A DNA stretch of 63,999 bases, filler included, from an uncultured bacterium (lineage in GTDB: Bacteria; DAOPZR01): assembly GCA_964637655.1 (NCBI GenBank). It is 16 parts of 16 records of this genome, joined end to end, with 100 filler letters (N's around TTAATTAATTAA, not from the genome) between each part and the next. Parts side by side here need not be neighbours in the genome. Positions count along the whole stretch, not along the records: positions 49,506 to 53,457 come from CAZWUZ010000324.1; positions 53,558 to 57,493 come from CAZWUZ010000325.1; positions 57,594 to 61,482 come from CAZWUZ010000326.1; positions 61,583 to 63,999 come from CAZWUZ010000413.1; 12 more parts are not named here. One strand, written 5' to 3'. The notes beneath the pieces are model-generated. The model saw only the letters and a list, made by a program, of their open reading frames with translations, was not told where the DNA came from and made no database searches. How positions within the stretch are numbered: the first letter of the stretch is position 1; the number at the start of each line of letters is the position of its first letter. A program made the position numbers and the translations under genes. Shown in pieces: positions 50,568 through 63,214 of the stretch.

Positions 50568-51603
50568 CGCCGCCCTGCCGCTGCCGAAGTCGTTCGTCGT
50601 CGAGGTCACTCCGCGCTGCCAGCACCGCTGCCTGCATTGCTACAATGTCTGGACGGGTGAACGGGCATACCCGCAGGGCGAACTGCCGACAGAAAAACTC
50701 ATTGATGCCATCGATCGCGTCATCGATGCGACGGGCGCCACCCTCGTCACGCTGACGGGAGGCGAACCGCTGCTGCGGGACGACCTCCCGGACATTGTCG
50801 CGCACCTCAACGCGCGGCAGGTCGGGGTCAACCTCATCACCAACGGCGGACTGCTGACGGAGGAGAAACTAGCCGCGCTGACGCCCGGCCGCGTCAGCAT
50901 CTTCGAATTGCCGCTCCTCTCGTCACGTCGCGCCATTCATGACGAACTCTCGGGACAGGCGGGTGCCTTCGATGCGGCGACGCTGGCGATGGCGCGCCTC
51001 AAGGCGAAACAGCAGCGGGTGATCGGCGTCTTTGTCGCCACGCGGCTGAACCTCCCGACACTGCGCGAAACGCTCGAACTGGCGGTGGCGCTCGGGCTCG
51101 ACGGGGTGATGTTCAACCGGTTCAATCCCGGCGGACGCGGCTTCGCCAACCTCGCCCGCCTGCAGGCGTCACCCGCGGAACTGACGGAAGCGCTGCGCAC
51201 GGCGAACACCCTGAGCGGGAACTACGGGCTGCCCGTCAGTTGCTCCATCGCGCTCCCCCCCTGCCTCATCGATATGCGTCCGTTCACGCACCTGACCACC
51301 GGCTTCTGCGCCGCGGGAACGGAGCGCGCCTACTACACGCTCGACCCGATGGGCAACGTCCGCCCCTGCAACCATTCCCCGCGCATCATCGGCAATGTGT
51401 TCACTGCCCCCTACGCGGCCATCATCAACGGTCCGGCCAACCGGACGTTCTGTGCCGCACTCCCGGAGTACTGCCAGCCCTGTGCCCGCAAGGACGAGTG
51501 CCGGGGGTGCTGCATCGCGGCGGGCGAGTCCTGTCACGGCTCCCCTGACCTCCTCGAACCGTTCGTGCATGAATTCATAAAGCAAGCCATACCAATAAGA
51601 TAA
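50560..51603 (+). CDS. Radical SAM/SPASM protein
   Basis: CQHRCLHC, TGGEP, TNG; SPASM FCAAG...DPMGNVRPC...CQPC...CRGCC. Confidence 0.92.
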   Translation: MTDAALPLPKSFVVEVTPRCQHRCLHCYNVWTGERAYPQGELPTEKLIDAIDRVIDATGATLVTLTGGEPLLRDDLPDIVAHLNARQVGVNLITNGGLLTEEKLAALTPGRVSIFELPLLSSRRAIHDELSGQAGAFDAATLAMARLKAKQQRVIGVFVATRLNLPTLRETLELAVALGLDGVMFNRFNPGGRGFANLARLQASPAELTEALRTANTLSGNYGLPVSCSIALPPCLIDMRPFTHLTTGFCAAGTERAYYTLDPMGNVRPCNHSPRIIGNVFTAPYAAIINGPANRTFCAALPEYCQPCARKDECRGCCIAAGESCHGSPDLLEPFVHEFIKQAIPIR

Positions 51604-51807
51604 ACCATCGCTGACGGCCCGGGGCAGGGTATGGGGCGCGCCGGCGATTTTGTATCCTTTCGCGGCGCGGCACTGCTGGCGTATCAGCGACGGAGAATTA
51701 CCTGGAAACCGACCCCTGAAAAAATACTAAAGAACCCAACGTGCGGCTCCGACATAGTAGGGGATGGCGTGATTGCATGCCGTCTCAATGGGGGGACAGG
51801 TCGGGAC

Positions 51808-53040
51808 ATGGACAAGATCATCATCAGGGGCGGCAAACGGCTGCAGGGCGAGGTCGAAGTTTCGGGCTCGAAGAATGCCGCGCTGCCCATTCTGATCGGC
51901 ACGATGCTCACGGGTGAGGACGTCACCCTGACAAACGTGCCGGAACTCGCGGACATCCGCACCACGTGCAACCTGCTCGCCTCGCTCGGGTCGCAGCTGA
52001 CGCCCGGGGCGCACCGCGTGAAACTGGCGATGCCCGCCCTCACCTCGCACGAAGCACCCTACGAACTGGTCAAGACGATGCGCGCCTCGTTCCTCGTGGC
52101 GGGTCCGCTCCTCGCACGCTTCGGCAAGGCGAAGGTTTCGCTGCCGGGGGGCTGCGCCATCGGCGCGCGTCCCGTCAACATCCACCTCAAGGGGCTCGAG
52201 GCGCTGGGCGCGAAGATCAAGCTCAAGCGCGGCTTTGTCGAGGCACACACCACGGGACTGAAAGGCGCAGCCATCGCGCTCGANNNNNNNNNNGCGGCGT
52301 CGCTGGCGAAGGGGACGACGACCATCAGCAATGCCGCCTGCGAACCGGAAATCGAGGACCTCGCGCAGTTTCTCAACCTGCTGGGGGCAAAAGTCAGCGG
52401 GGCGGGCACGACGGTGGTGAAAATCGAGGGCGTGAAGGAACTGCATGGCGGCGCGCACAAGGTGATCGGCGACCGCATCGAGGCGGGCACCTACCTGGTG
52501 GCCGCGGCCGCGACCAAAGGCACGGTCACGGTAACCGGATTCAAGCCGGTGTGGCAGGCGGCGCTCATCGAGAAACTGCAGGGGATGGGCGTGAAGATCA
52601 CCACGACGCCGCAGAGTGTCACGCTGCAGGCGAAGCACGGGGTGAAGCAGCCCTGCAACCTGAGCACGCAGCCCTATCCTGGTTTCCCGACCGACATGCA
52701 GGCGCAGATGATGGCGCTGGCAACCGTCACGCCGGGGACGAGCTTTATCCGCGAGACGGTCTTCGAAAACCGGTTTATGCACGTCGGTGAACTGCTGCGC
52801 CTGGGGGCGGACATCACCATCGAGGGGAACACGGTGATGGTCAACGGGGTGCGGCATTTGACCGGGGCGACGGTGATGGCGACCGACCTGCGCGCCTCGG
52901 CGGCGCTGGTCATCGGCGGCCTGGTGGCCAAAGGCACGACGGAAATCACGCGCATCTATCATCTGGACCGCGGCTACGAAAAACTCGAACAGAAACTGAA
53001 CGCGCTGGGGGCAGACATCCGCCGCGCGTTCTGGAAGTAG
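51808..53040 (+). CDS. murA: UDP-N-acetylglucosamine 1-carboxyvinyltransferase (internal scaffold gap 52284-52293)
   Basis: [56 protein letters not shown]. Confidence 0.97.
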   Translation: MDKIIIRGGKRLQGEVEVSGSKNAALPILIGTMLTGEDVTLTNVPELADIRTTCNLLASLGSQLTPGAHRVKLAMPALTSHEAPYELVKTMRASFLVAGPLLARFGKAKVSLPGGCAIGARPVNIHLKGLEALGAKIKLKRGFVEAHTTGLKGAAIALXXXXAASLAKGTTTISNAACEPEIEDLAQFLNLLGAKVSGAGTTVVKIEGVKELHGGAHKVIGDRIEAGTYLVAAAATKGTVTVTGFKPVWQAALIEKLQGMGVKITTTPQSVTLQAKHGVKQPCNLSTQPYPGFPTDMQAQMMALATVTPGTSFIRETVFENRFMHVGELLRLGADITIEGNTVMVNGVRHLTGATVMATDLRASAALVIGGLVAKGTTEITRIYHLDRGYEKLEQKLNALGADIRRAFWK

Positions 53041-53049
53041 GAGGCGCAT

Positions 53050-53457
53050 ATGCTGCGCGGACTGTATACCGGCGCTGCGGGGATGCTGGCGACGTGGGGG
53101 CAGATGGACGTCATCGCCAACAACCTCGCCAACGTCAGCACGGCGGGCTTCAAGCGGGACGAGACGGTCTTCATGCAGTTTCCCGCCATGGATATCCGCC
53201 GCACCAACGACGACGTGCGCGAGGTGCCGTCCGGCACCATCGACCGCCGTCCCGCGGTCGGCGAACTCGGCACCGGGGCGGCCATCGACGAGATCTTTAC
53301 CGATTTCGCGCAGGGTTCGCTGCGGCCGACGGGGAACCCGCTTGACCTGGCGCTCGACGGCGCGGGGTTCTTCACCGTGGAGACGGCGCAGGGGATGCGC
53401 TACACGCGGGACGGCGGCTTCCAGGACAATAGCGAGGGGTATGTGACCGACAGTCAC
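53050..53457 (+). CDS. flgF: Flagellar basal-body rod protein FlgF/FlgG family (3' truncated)
   Basis: MLRGLYT.A.GM, DVIANNLANVST.GFK, TGNPLDLAL.G.GFF, YTRDG. Confidence 0.88.
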
Positions 53458-53557
53458 NNNNNNNNNNNNNNNNNNNNNNNNNNNNNNNNNNNNNNNNNNN
53501 NTTAATTAATTAANNNNNNNNNNNNNNNNNNNNNNNNNNNNNNNNNNNNNNNNNNNN

Positions 53558-54387
53558 TGTTCCGCCAGGAGGCGCGCCGCCGGGTTGACCGGACGGCCGG
53601 CGATGAGCGCCACGGTCATCGGGATGACTACCGGCGGACAGACCGGCACGGCGATGAGCCGGTCGCCATGCCGCGTGAGCGCAGCCGCCGCATCGTCGCT
53701 GTCAGTCAGCCCGAAGAGCAGCTGCCCGTCGACCACGCGGTCGCGCACCGACGCGTTGCCGGTGGCGAGATGGATGCCGCGCGCCTGCACCCGGCGGTAG
53801 AAGGCCGCTGCCGGCCCGGCGCCGTCACGCGCCCAGAGCAGCGCCGCCTGCGTGGTGCTCGTCCCGAACAGGGGGAGCGCCATCCCCACCTGTGCCGCCG
53901 GGATCCGCCCGTCGAGCAGCACGTCGAGCGGCAGCGAGTCGGCGTTGCCGAAGAGGCGGATACAGGCGGCGCGGTCAGCGAGAAAAACCCGCGCGCGGCC
54001 GCCATACAGCACGTAGTTGCCGCCCGGCCCGCAGTAAGCGCCCGCCGGCAGCGGGGCGGTGTCGCGACTGAACGGGGCGAGCACTCCCGCCTCCTGCAGC
54101 CGCACGGTCTGCACGAATTCACCGCTCCAGAACACATCCGCCTGCGGATTGCGCTGTTCCGCGATGAGGCGATTGACCAGCCCGGTGGTCTTGGCCGCCT
54201 CGGCATCAAACACCGCCCTGACGGTGATACCGGTCTGCTGCTGGAAATCAGCGAGCACTCCAGCCGAGAAGTTCTGGTCGACCGAGGCATAGATGACCAC
54301 CTCGCCGGCCGGCGCCATGGCAGTGGTGCCGCACGCGGCGAGCCCCCCCGTGAGCAGGCAGAGTGCCGCGGTCAGATACCGTCGCAT
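53558..54387 (-). CDS. Fe3+-type ABC substrate-binding lipoprotein (3' truncated)
   Basis: LAAC lipobox; VVIYASVDQ, DAEAAKTTGL, ADVFWSGE, GTSTT, GLTDSDD. Confidence 0.82.
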
Positions 54388-54445
54388 GACTGGTATTCCT
54401 TTCGTCCATGCCGTCTGCCGGCGCGGACGCGCCGAGAGCGGCATC

Positions 54446-56074
54446 CTAACACTGTGCCGCTGTGCCGTCAACGCCGCTGCCGGCACCCTGCTGCGCCAGC
54501 AGTTCAGCGGTGCGGATGCCGTCCACCGCCGAGGAGAGTATCCCCCCCGCGTAGCCGGCACCTTCGCCGGCCGGGTAGAAGCCGCGCAGCGAGATGCTCT
54601 GTCCGTCCTCGCCGCGGGTGAGGCGCACCGGCGACGAAGTGCGGGTCTCCACCCCGGAGAGCACCGCATCGGGGAGGGCGAACCCGGGCAGCTGCCGGTC
54701 AAGCGCAGGCAGCGCCGCGCGCAGTGCCTGCACCGCGAACGCGGGCAGCGCGGCACGCAGATCGCACCAGCGGACACCGGGACGATAGGTCGGCAGCACG
54801 CTCCCGGGCGCGGGGGAGGGCACCCCGGCAAGAAAATCGCCGACCCGCTGCACCGGCGCATGGTGAGCGCCGCCGCCGAGGCAAAAGGCCGCCTGTTCCC
54901 ACCGCCGCTGCAGGTCGAACCCGGCGAGCGGTCCGCCCGGAAAATCGTCGGGCGTGACGCTGACCACGAGCGCGCTGTTGGCGGTACCCGAATCACGCGC
55001 GTAGCGGCTCATGCCGTTGGTAACAACACCGTCCGCCTCCGACGCCGCGGCCACCACCGTCCCGCCCGGGCACATGCAGAAACTGAAGACGGCGCGGCCG
55101 TCGCTGCCATGGTGCACCAGTTTGTAGTCGGCGGCGCCGAGGAGCGGATGCCCGGCGTGCGGACCGAAGCGGGCAGTATCGATCAGTGCCTGCGGATGCT
55201 CGATACGCAGACCGAGCGCGAACGGCTTGGCGTCGCAGTGCACCCCGCGCGCCTGCAGGCAGCGGATGGTAGCGCGCGCGCTGTGGCCGCCGGCGAAGAT
55301 GACGCGGTCGGCAGCGACGGTTTCGCCGCCGGCCAGCACCCCCCCCCGCACCCCGCCGTCAGCCACCACCAGGTCATCCACCCGGCTGTGGAAACGCACC
55401 TCGCCGCCCAGCGCGATAATCTTCTCCCGCAGGGCACGCACCACGCCGCCGAGCCGGTCGGTACCGATATGCGGCTTGCTGAGGACGGCAATTTCCGCGG
55501 GAGCACCCGCGGCCACCAGTTCGTCGATGACCTTGCGGCTGCGCCAGGCGCGGTCGCGGATCTGGGTGTAGAGTTTGCCGTCGGAAAAGGTTCCGGCCCC
55601 GCCCTCACCGAACTGGATATTCGTTTCCGGGTCGAGCTCGCCGCCTGCCGCGAAACGCGCGACCGCGCGCGCGCGCTCCGCCACCGGGGCGCCGCGTTCG
55701 AGCAGCAGCGGGCGGTAGCCCTGTTCGGCAAGCACGAGACCGGCAAAGAGGCCGCAGGGGCCGGTGCCGATGATCACCGGGCGCAGCGCCGGGGGTGACG
55801 CGGCCGGTACGGGGAAGCGGTAGCCGCCCGACGGGGTCGGCGCGATGCGGCGGTCGCCGCGCACGCGTCCGGCGACCGCTGCTTCATCGGCAACTTCGGC
55901 ATCGACGGAATAGACCAGGCAGAGCGAGCGCGGGTTGCGCGCATCATGACCACGCCGGCAGACCTGGAAGCGGAGCACTGCCTCGGGGGCAACCTGCAGG
56001 CGCTCGCGCACCGCAGCCGCGAGATCAGCGTCGCTGTGCGCGAGCGGCAGCCGCAGTTCGGTCAGGCGCAGCAT
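54446..56074 (-). CDS. FAD-dependent dehydrogenase (COG2509-like)
   Basis: IGTGPCG, QFGEGGAGTFSDGKL, PHIGTD, GHSAR, FCMCPGG, ETRTSSP, GEGAGYAGGI. Confidence 0.9.
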   Translation of the reverse strand: MLRLTELRLPLAHSDADLAAAVRERLQVAPEAVLRFQVCRRGHDARNPRSLCLVYSVDAEVADEAAVAGRVRGDRRIAPTPSGGYRFPVPAASPPALRPVIIGTGPCGLFAGLVLAEQGYRPLLLERGAPVAERARAVARFAAGGELDPETNIQFGEGGAGTFSDGKLYTQIRDRAWRSRKVIDELVAAGAPAEIAVLSKPHIGTDRLGGVVRALREKIIALGGEVRFHSRVDDLVVADGGVRGGVLAGGETVAADRVIFAGGHSARATIRCLQARGVHCDAKPFALGLRIEHPQALIDTARFGPHAGHPLLGAADYKLVHHGSDGRAVFSFCMCPGGTVVAAASEADGVVTNGMSRYARDSGTANSALVVSVTPDDFPGGPLAGFDLQRRWEQAAFCLGGGAHHAPVQRVGDFLAGVPSPAPGSVLPTYRPGVRWCDLRAALPAFAVQALRAALPALDRQLPGFALPDAVLSGVETRTSSPVRLTRGEDGQSISLRGFYPAGEGAGYAGGILSSAVDGIRTAELLAQQGAGSGVDGTAAQC

Positions 56075-56134
56075 GGGGCGACGGCAGGAAGCGCCGGTCG
56101 GCGGCGCGGCCGGATACCGGCGGCCGCCACGGGA

Positions 56135-57493
<1,359 letters not shown>

Positions 57494-57593
57494 NNNNNNN
57501 NNNNNNNNNNNNNNNNNNNNNNNNNNNNNNNNNNNNNTTAATTAATTAANNNNNNNNNNNNNNNNNNNNNNNNNNNNNNNNNNNNNNNNNNNN

Positions 57594-58113
57594 GCCCGAG
57601 GATGTGCGCGAGCAGTACGAGCGTCAGCTCAAGGACCTGCAGGAGGCGCGCGGTGACATCGTCATCGTGCAGGATGCCGACCTCGAACTGAATCCCGTCG
57701 ATTACCCGGCCCTGCTCGCCCCGCTGCTGGCCGGGCAGGCGGACGCGGTCTACGGAGCGCGTTTCCTGCGCCCGGAGAACCGGGTCGGCTACCGGCTGAT
57801 CAGCCGGCTGGGGAACGCCGCGGTGACGGGGTGGACCAACCTGCTCTTCGGCGCCCACCTGACCGACGAAGCGGCGGGCTACAAGGTGCTGCGCACGGAA
57901 CTGCTGCGTTCACTGCAGCTTGAGTGCGACGGTTTTGACTTCTGTGCGGAGGTAACCGCCAAGCTGCTGTTGCGCGGCATCCCCATCTGCGAGGTCCCGG
58001 TGCATTTCAACCCGCGCAGTTATGTCGAAGGGAAGAAAATCGGCTGGCGCGACGGGGTGCTTACCCTGTGGACCCTGCTGCACTACCGCCTGTGCGGGAG
58101 GAAGAACTGCTGA
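57594..58113 (+). CDS. GT2 glycosyltransferase, C-terminal part
   Basis: GDIVIVQDADLE, VYGARF, LTD...YK, EGKKIGWRDG. Confidence 0.88.
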
Positions 58114-58817
58114 TGCGCCTGCTCATGGTCGTCCCCACCTACAACGAGCGCGACAACATCCTGCGCCTGATCAACGAGCTGCTGGCGCAGCCGGTCGACT
58201 GCGCGGTGGTAGTAGTCGACGACGCGTCGCCCGACGGCACCGGCGACCTGGTACGCGAGCGCGCCGCGCGCGAGCCGCGCGTGCACCTCATCTCCCGCGC
58301 CGGCAAACTCGGCCTGGGCACCGCCTACGTCGCCGGGCTGCGCTACGGACTGGAGCAGGGCTACGATGTGGTCGGCACCATGGACGCCGATTTTTCGCAC
58401 GACCCGAAGTACCTCCCCGCGCTCGCCGCCGCCATCGCGCAGCCGGACACCGACATCGCCATCGGTTCGCGCTACGTCCCGGACGGCGGCACGGTCAACT
58501 GGGGGGTGCACCGGCAGCTGCTCAGCGGCGGCGCCAACGCGTTTGCCCGCTGCCTGCTCGGCTTCACCACGCGTGACAACACCGCCGGGTTCCGCCTCTA
58601 CCGCGCCGCCTTTCTGCGCGCGGTCGACATCGGTGCCATCCGCTCGAACGGCTACTCCTTCCTGCTCGAGTTTCTCTACCGCTGCAATCAGGCGGGGGCG
58701 CGCGTGCGCGAGGTGCCAATCATCTTCGTCGACCGCCGCGAGGGGCTCTCGAAGATCTCCAAGCAGGAGATCATCCGCGCGCTGCTCACCGTCGTGCGCC
58801 TGCGGCTGCGGGGCTGA
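58113..58817 (+). CDS. Polyprenol-phosphate mannose synthase (DPM1-like GT2)
   Basis: PTYNE, VDDASPDGT, GKLGLGTAY, MDADFSHDP, GSRY, GYSF, FVDR..G.SK. Confidence 0.92.
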   Translation: MRLLMVVPTYNERDNILRLINELLAQPVDCAVVVVDDASPDGTGDLVRERAAREPRVHLISRAGKLGLGTAYVAGLRYGLEQGYDVVGTMDADFSHDPKYLPALAAAIAQPDTDIAIGSRYVPDGGTVNWGVHRQLLSGGANAFARCLLGFTTRDNTAGFRLYRAAFLRAVDIGAIRSNGYSFLLEFLYRCNQAGARVREVPIIFVDRREGLSKISKQEIIRALLTVVRLRLRG

Positions 58818-58821
58818 CGCC

Positions 58822-59721
58822 ATGTGGCAGGAGGTGCCCTGCCCGCTGTGCGGGGCTGACGACGCGCGGGTGCGCTGGCGCGGCGCACTCAGCGACGAGG
58901 CCACGCCCGCCGCGTTTGCCTGCACCAACATCTTCTGGAGCGAGTACCGGCAGGTGGTCACCTGCCGCCGCTGCGGTATGACCTACAACAACCCGTGCGA
59001 AACGCCGGCGACGCTGCTGGCGCAGTACGCGGACGTGGTCGACGAACAGTACCTGCGCGAGCAGGCGGGGCGGGAGCGTACCTTCGCAGCGCTGCTCACG
59101 CGCCTGCGGGAACTGCAGCCGCCGCCGGGCACCCTGCTCGATGTCGGCTGCTACACCGGGCAGTTCGCCGCGCAGGCACGGGCCGCCGGCTACACCGTCT
59201 GCGGCCTGGAACCGTCGCGCTGGGCCGCCACGCACGCCCGCGACACGTACGGGCTCGAGGTGGCGGGGGCGACCCTCACCGACCTGCCGGCGGACCGGCA
59301 GTTCGACTGCATCACGCTGTGGGATGTGCTCGAGCACCTGCCGCAGCCGCACACCACCATCGCCGCCATCGCGCGGCACCTGCGCCCGGGCGGGCTGCTC
59401 GCACTCTCCACGCACAACCTCGACGCGCCGGCGGCACGCCTGCTGGGCGGACGCTACCCGTTCCTGATGCGCATGCACGTGGCACATTTCACCCCCGCCA
59501 CGCTGGGTCGGCTGCTCGCGGAACACGGACTGTACCTCGCCAGCGTTGAGGAACACCGCCGCTATATCCGGATCGGCTACGCGCTCGACAAACTCGCACG
59601 CTACGCGCCGCGCCTGCACGCACTGCTGCGCGCCACCGGTGCCAGCCGGTACGCGCACCGGCTGATTCCGGTGGTCGGGGTCGGACTGATCAACGCCTAT
59701 GCGCGGCGGGCCGCGGCATGA
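58822..59721 (+). CDS. Zn-ribbon class I SAM methyltransferase
   Basis: CPLC...CRRC, LDVGCYTG, GLEPS, WDVLEH, LRPGG. Confidence 0.88.
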   Translation: MWQEVPCPLCGADDARVRWRGALSDEATPAAFACTNIFWSEYRQVVTCRRCGMTYNNPCETPATLLAQYADVVDEQYLREQAGRERTFAALLTRLRELQPPPGTLLDVGCYTGQFAAQARAAGYTVCGLEPSRWAATHARDTYGLEVAGATLTDLPADRQFDCITLWDVLEHLPQPHTTIAAIARHLRPGGLLALSTHNLDAPAARLLGGRYPFLMRMHVAHFTPATLGRLLAEHGLYLASVEEHRRYIRIGYALDKLARYAPRLHALLRATGASRYAHRLIPVVGVGLINAYARRAAA

Positions 59722-61482
59722 TGCGCTCCCGTACCGCCCACGCGCTGCTGCTCTGCGGCGGGCTGGCCGCGGCCATCCTCTTCCTCTTTCACCCCTACGT
59801 GCTCAACGACCTGTACCTGGTCAACAACGACTACATGAGTTTTTCCTATCCGGTGCGTCTGTTCCTGCAGGAGGCGCAGGCGGACGGACGGTTCGACTGC
59901 TGGAACCCGTACCAGTACGGCGGCTTCCCGCTCTACGCCATGCCGCTGTGGAGCCCGTTCTATCCCGTGTCGCTGCTCGTCGGCTGGCTGGCGGTGCCGG
60001 TGCAGTTCATCGGGGGGGCGATGTTCCATCTCTTCGTCTGCGGCCTGTTCATGTACCTCTGGCTGCGCCGCGTGCAGCTGCCGTTCAGCGCCGCCGTCTT
60101 CGGTGCCTTTCTCTTCTGCTTCAGTCCCTTCGTCCTCGTGCATGTCAGCGAGATCGACAACGTCATGCGCACCATCGTCTGGATCCCGCTGATTTTCTAT
60201 GCCGGGCAGGTGGTCATCGACGGCACCGAGATCGCCGGCTCGCTGCTCCTCGCCCTCGCGCTCGCCCTGATGATCCTCGCCGGGCACCTGCAGTTCACCT
60301 TCTATACCATGGTCAGTTTCGTCCTCTTCTACCTGTTCAGCGCCCTGCGCATCCTGCTGACAGGCCGCGACCGCACCCGCGCGCTGAAACTCATGGGGAG
60401 TGTCGGCATCGTGCTGGTGCTCGCCGTCGGGCTCAGCGCCATCGGGCTCTTCCCCGCCTGGTACCTGACCCAGCTCTCCACCCGCGCGGCCGGCATCTCC
60501 TGGAAATTCATCACCAGCTACTCGCTCACCCCGGACCAGCTGCTCAATATCGTCTCGCCCGCTCTCTGGCGGCAGTGGGGGATGACTGACGGCACGGTTT
60601 TCCCCTACCTCGGCGCCATCACTCCGCTGCTCTTCCTCGTGCCGCTCATCCGCCGGCGCGACCCGCTGCCGTGGTTCTGCGCGGTGATGATGCTGCTGGC
60701 CCTGCTCATCGCGCTCGGCAAATTTTCCCCGCTCTTCGTGCTGCTCGGCACGTACGTCCCCGGTTTTTCGCTCTTCCGCGGGCCGATGCGCTTCCTGCTC
60801 GTCTACGTTTTTTTCGCCGCCACCCTTGCCGCGCACGCGCTGCCGCTGCTGGCCGACCGCAGCCGCCGCCTGCGCTGGCTGGCACTGGCCTGGGGCGCGT
60901 ACAGCGCGGTGCTGACCGCCGCGCTGCTCATCCTGAACCTTTTCCCCGCGACGGTGCTCGCGCTGATGCGCCGCTGGGTACTGTTTGCCTATACGCGTCT
61001 CGCGGTCGGGCAGACCCGCCCGCTGGACTGGTACCTCGACCGCCTGCAGCCGGAACACCTGCAGACCGCACAGACCGCGCTGGGCACCACGCTGCTGCTG
61101 CTGGCAGGATTCGGACTGCTGCTGCTGCTCCGCGGACGCCTCGCCCCGCGCCCGTGGCTCCTCCTGCTTCTGCTGCTCCTGTTGCCACCCTACGTGCTGA
61201 CGGCGGGCGACTACGTGCATTTCCGCCCGCGTGCCGGTTTCACACCGCCGCGCCCGCTCGCTGAGGTTATCCGCCGCGAAGCCGCCGGGGAATCACCGCT
61301 AACCGCGCGCGTCGCGCAGTACGGGTATCTCTGGTTCAATCAGGGAACGGCGCTGCCGCTCGCCTGCCTCGACGGCTACGGCGGCATCATCACCAACAGC
61401 TATGCACGCTATGTCACCGTCATCGAGGGGGAACTGCCCGACGCGGCCAACGTCCGCGCCAGCGTCGCCATCCGCACCCTTG
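59718..61482 (+). CDS. YfhO-like polytopic membrane protein (3' truncated)
   Basis: WNPYQYGGFP, FYP, AGHLQ, FRGPMRF, DGY; many TMs. Confidence 0.75.
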
Positions 61483-61582
61483 NNNNNNNNNNNNNNNNNN
61501 NNNNNNNNNNNNNNNNNNNNNNNNNNTTAATTAATTAANNNNNNNNNNNNNNNNNNNNNNNNNNNNNNNNNNNNNNNNNNNN

Positions 61583-62170
61583 GACGTGACAGACGAAAAC
61601 CTGCAGAAGATCGTCGACGGGCAGATGAAGTACTCGTATTTCCCCGTCAACCTGATGCAGCTGAAGGGGCAGATCAGCTTCCACGACCTGGAGCCGCAGC
61701 GCCCGTTCGCGGTCGGCGGCTTCACGGTCAATGCGCAGGTGCTCAACCACCCGGTGCAGGTGTTCGGCTACCGCATCAGCGATGGGAAGCGTACGCTGGT
61801 CTACATGACCGACGTGGAGCCCTACTACGATGTCAACCAGCCCGACATGCCGGCGGAGGAAGTCAAGGACGTCATCGCGGCGATGAACGGGCGGCTGCGC
61901 GATTTCGCGCAGGGTGCCGACCTGCTCATCCACGACGCGCAGTACACGGAGAAGGAGTACGCGCAGCGGCGCGGCTGGGGGCATGCGACGTACGACTGGG
62001 CGTACGAGACGGCGAAACTGGCGGGGGCGCGGCAGCTGCTGTTCTTCCACCACGACCCGGTGCGCACCGATGCGGAACTGGCGGCCATCGTCCAGCCGTT
62101 CGCGACGCGGGCGGCGGCGGACGGGTTTACCTGTGACGCCGCGCGCGAAGGCGCGGTCATCGAATTGTGA
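61583..62170 (+). CDS. MBL-fold metallo-hydrolase, C-terminal part
   Basis: YFPV, NHP..GYRI, YMTDVE, DLLIHDAQY, GWGH, FHHDP. Confidence 0.88.
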   Translation, partial: DVTDENLQKIVDGQMKYSYFPVNLMQLKGQISFHDLEPQRPFAVGGFTVNAQVLNHPVQVFGYRISDGKRTLVYMTDVEPYYDVNQPDMPAEEVKDVIAAMNGRLRDFAQGADLLIHDAQYTEKEYAQRRGWGHATYDWAYETAKLAGARQLLFFHHDPVRTDAELAAIVQPFATRAAADGFTCDAAREGAVIEL

Positions 62171-63135
62171 TGAGCGCCGACCCGCTGCCGGCCGTGGCGC
62201 AGCCGCCGGCACAGCCGGCGAACGCGGGCTGGGGGTTTGCTTTCCGGTTTGACGCGCGCGATATCCTGCTGCACGGCGCGGTGGCGCTGGAGTACACGCT
62301 GGAGCCGCGGCTGCTGCGCCTGGCGCGGGTCATCGTCTCGCCCGTGCCGCGCTACCTCAACGAGGTCGACCTCTCCCGCCCGTGGGCGGAAGTGGTCTAC
62401 CTCATCGTCAAGAAATCGCTGGAACCGAAACAGTGCTCGGGCGAACTGACCGCGGCGCTGGCCAACGAGCTGCGCCGCACCTGCGCCGAGCCGGCGTGGA
62501 TGGACGCGGTGCAGCAGTGGGGGATGGACGGGCAGGAGGAGGCGCTGCGGGCCGAGGCGCTGCGCCTGCTCAAGACGGTAATCGATGCGCGGTTCGATAT
62601 CAGCGTGCGGTTTTTCCCGGCGCTCTCGGACGAGCTCATGAACAAGGGGGCGCAGGCGCACGCGGAATCGACGGGTGAGATCCAGCGTACCGTTACCGTG
62701 ACCCCGCAGAGCAGCCCGGTAAACGGCACGCAGGCGGGCTCGCTCACGCCGGGTGACGAGCTGTTCGTCAAGATCACTGACGACTCGGCCAACGGCCTGG
62801 CGGTACGCACGGCGTTGCAGGCGGCGGATGACGACGGCACGCTGCGCGCGGTGGCGGCGGCGTTCGTCGGGGTGCGCGCCATCGACGACCGCGGCAACCT
62901 CGCCATTACTGTGCAGCTGACCGACGACACGCTCGGGGTGATGGAGGTCTACCGCACGGTGAAGATCAAGACCGTGCGCGGGCTGCAGCAGGGCGCGGCG
63001 CTGCCGGACGCGGAGGAGAGCACGGAGAGTGACGAGTTCAACGAAGAGCGGTCGCTGGCGCCCTGGCTGCTCGTCGTCCTCGGAGCGCTGCTGCTGACCG
63101 CGGCGGCGTGGGTGGTGCGTTCCCTTGCCGGCTGA
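62167..63135 (+). CDS. Hypothetical protein with C-terminal TM
   Basis: Long ORF coupled to the upstream gene; hydrophobic C-terminus. Confidence 0.65.
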   Translation: MMSADPLPAVAQPPAQPANAGWGFAFRFDARDILLHGAVALEYTLEPRLLRLARVIVSPVPRYLNEVDLSRPWAEVVYLIVKKSLEPKQCSGELTAALANELRRTCAEPAWMDAVQQWGMDGQEEALRAEALRLLKTVIDARFDISVRFFPALSDELMNKGAQAHAESTGEIQRTVTVTPQSSPVNGTQAGSLTPGDELFVKITDDSANGLAVRTALQAADDDGTLRAVAAAFVGVRAIDDRGNLAITVQLTDDTLGVMEVYRTVKIKTVRGLQQGAALPDAEESTESDEFNEERSLAPWLLVVLGALLLTAAAWVVRSLAG

Positions 63136-63214
63136 CGTTCTCCCGTTCCTGCCCTGAGCGCCCCATGCCCCTGAACGACGGCGTCTGTCGCGATCCCCGT
63201 ACCACCGGCCGGTT

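Noticed and set aside
52284-52293. Internal deletion in murA
   Set aside because: Scaffold gap of Ns; the missing residues fall inside it.
51808-53457. murA directly followed by a flagellar rod gene
   Set aside because: Both genes are ordinary, and without more context the adjacency shows no special link.
57594-57640. Atypical PEDVREQYERQLKD segment before the GT2 DAD motif
   Set aside because: At a contig edge and too short to distinguish a chimeric end from a real fusion.
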